A stretch of DNA of 64,000 bases, taken from positions 3,822-67,821 of the forward strand of contig CAYPOT010000011.1 of the NCBI GenBank assembly GCA_964412455.1. Reading direction: 5' to 3'. Under the pieces are notes generated by a model. That model had not been told where the DNA came from. It saw only the letters and a program-made list of their open reading frames with translations, and searched no databases. Position 1 is the first letter of the stretch. Each line of letters begins with the position of its first letter. Origin of the DNA: an uncultured Nitrospiraceae bacterium (GTDB lineage: Bacteria > Nitrospirota > UBA9217). Of this stretch, positions 63,806-64,000 are shown one piece after another. Made by a program: the position numbers and the translations under genes.

Positions 63806-64000
63806 TTAGATACAGTCCGCAGCCTTTTGCAGAAAGAACGCCCGAAACCTTTCAGCCTGGAAGCCCCGAAAGACTCCTGTGACCCACTCCGGAATATTCG
63901 GTTCTTTCTCAAAAGTGGCAGGGTAGGCCCTGGCTTGCCGATCAGGAACCTTCCGATTTCCTCCCAGTTGACCTTCTCTTGAGTGTTGAATCCGCGTAGC
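63806..64000 (-). CDS. Possible 3' end of a CDS entering from beyond the window
   Basis: One minus-strand frame is open from the window edge to TAA (complement of 63806-63808). A second frame is also open for most of the stretch, so the frame is ambiguous. Confidence 0.2.
   Translation of the reverse strand, partial: ATRIQHSREGQLGGNRKVPDRQARAYPATFEKEPNIPEWVTGVFRGFQAERFRAFFLQKAADCI

Noticed and set aside
63628-64000. Identity of the gene at the right edge
   Set aside because: Two minus-strand frames stay open over most of the last 190 nt and neither shows a motif I recognise. Only a low-confidence partial CDS is reported.

Overview
This 64-kb window comes from a chromosome that looks GC-rich by eye. 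The gene content (iorAB, three sigma-54 enhancer-binding proteins, a c7-type trihaem cytochrome, DUF4388, an Mbh-ordered Mrp cluster) and a very heavy load of palindromic intergenic repeats suggest an anaerobic Desulfobacterota/Syntrophia-like organism. That assignment is inference only, because no database search was possible.

Layout:
- 1-15.6 kb: housekeeping and signalling genes. These are iorA (3' end) and iorB, a J-domain protein, a hybrid histidine kinase, an MBL hydrolase, a methyltransferase, a Dus enzyme, tRNA-Gln and tRNA-Glu, a CheY/CheX-domain operon, a trihaem cytochrome, an isochorismatase-like protein, a DUF4388 protein and a YciI protein.
- 15.6-28 kb: an accessory island. It holds five type II toxin-antitoxin pairs (three with PIN toxins, two DUF433/DUF5615 pairs), a truncated IS21 transposase that appears to have cut an SF1-helicase-like gene, HNH-like and DUF2007 genes, an exported protein with two 2H-phosphoesterase-like motifs, and a RAYT transposase stub.
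- 28-34 kb: mixed small genes (SUI1/YciH, a Lys-rich protein operon, an AI-2E transporter, an Mrr-type nuclease fused to zinc ribbons).
- 34-55.5 kb: a sigma-54-wired stress/ion island. It holds universal stress proteins, an orphan EBP, a micro-ORF/GntR/TauE operon, a 12-gene Mbh-ordered Mrp cluster with three antiporter-like subunits, a histidine kinase plus EBP pair, and USP-like paralogues.
- 55.8-61.5 kb: a pseudo-receiver LuxR regulator, divergent from three exported rhodanese proteins and a porin-like barrel.
- 62-63.6 kb: a methyl-accepting chemotaxis protein.

Non-coding DNA is dominated by at least eight MITE-like repeat families. Two of them have demonstrable target-site duplications, and one has a paralogous empty site.

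Best candidates for something new:
1. The rhodanese trio plus porin module, whose lipoprotein ends in a poly-Gly tether with a terminal Cys.
2. A pair of sigma-54-driven micro-ORFs sharing an FAEAGE core, and USP-like paralogues with identically spaced upstream palindromes.
3. The catalytic-module-free Mbh-ordered Mrp cluster.
4. MshEN-like four-fold repeats fused to CheX and J domains.

All functional calls come from reading motifs in the translations. None has been checked against a database.
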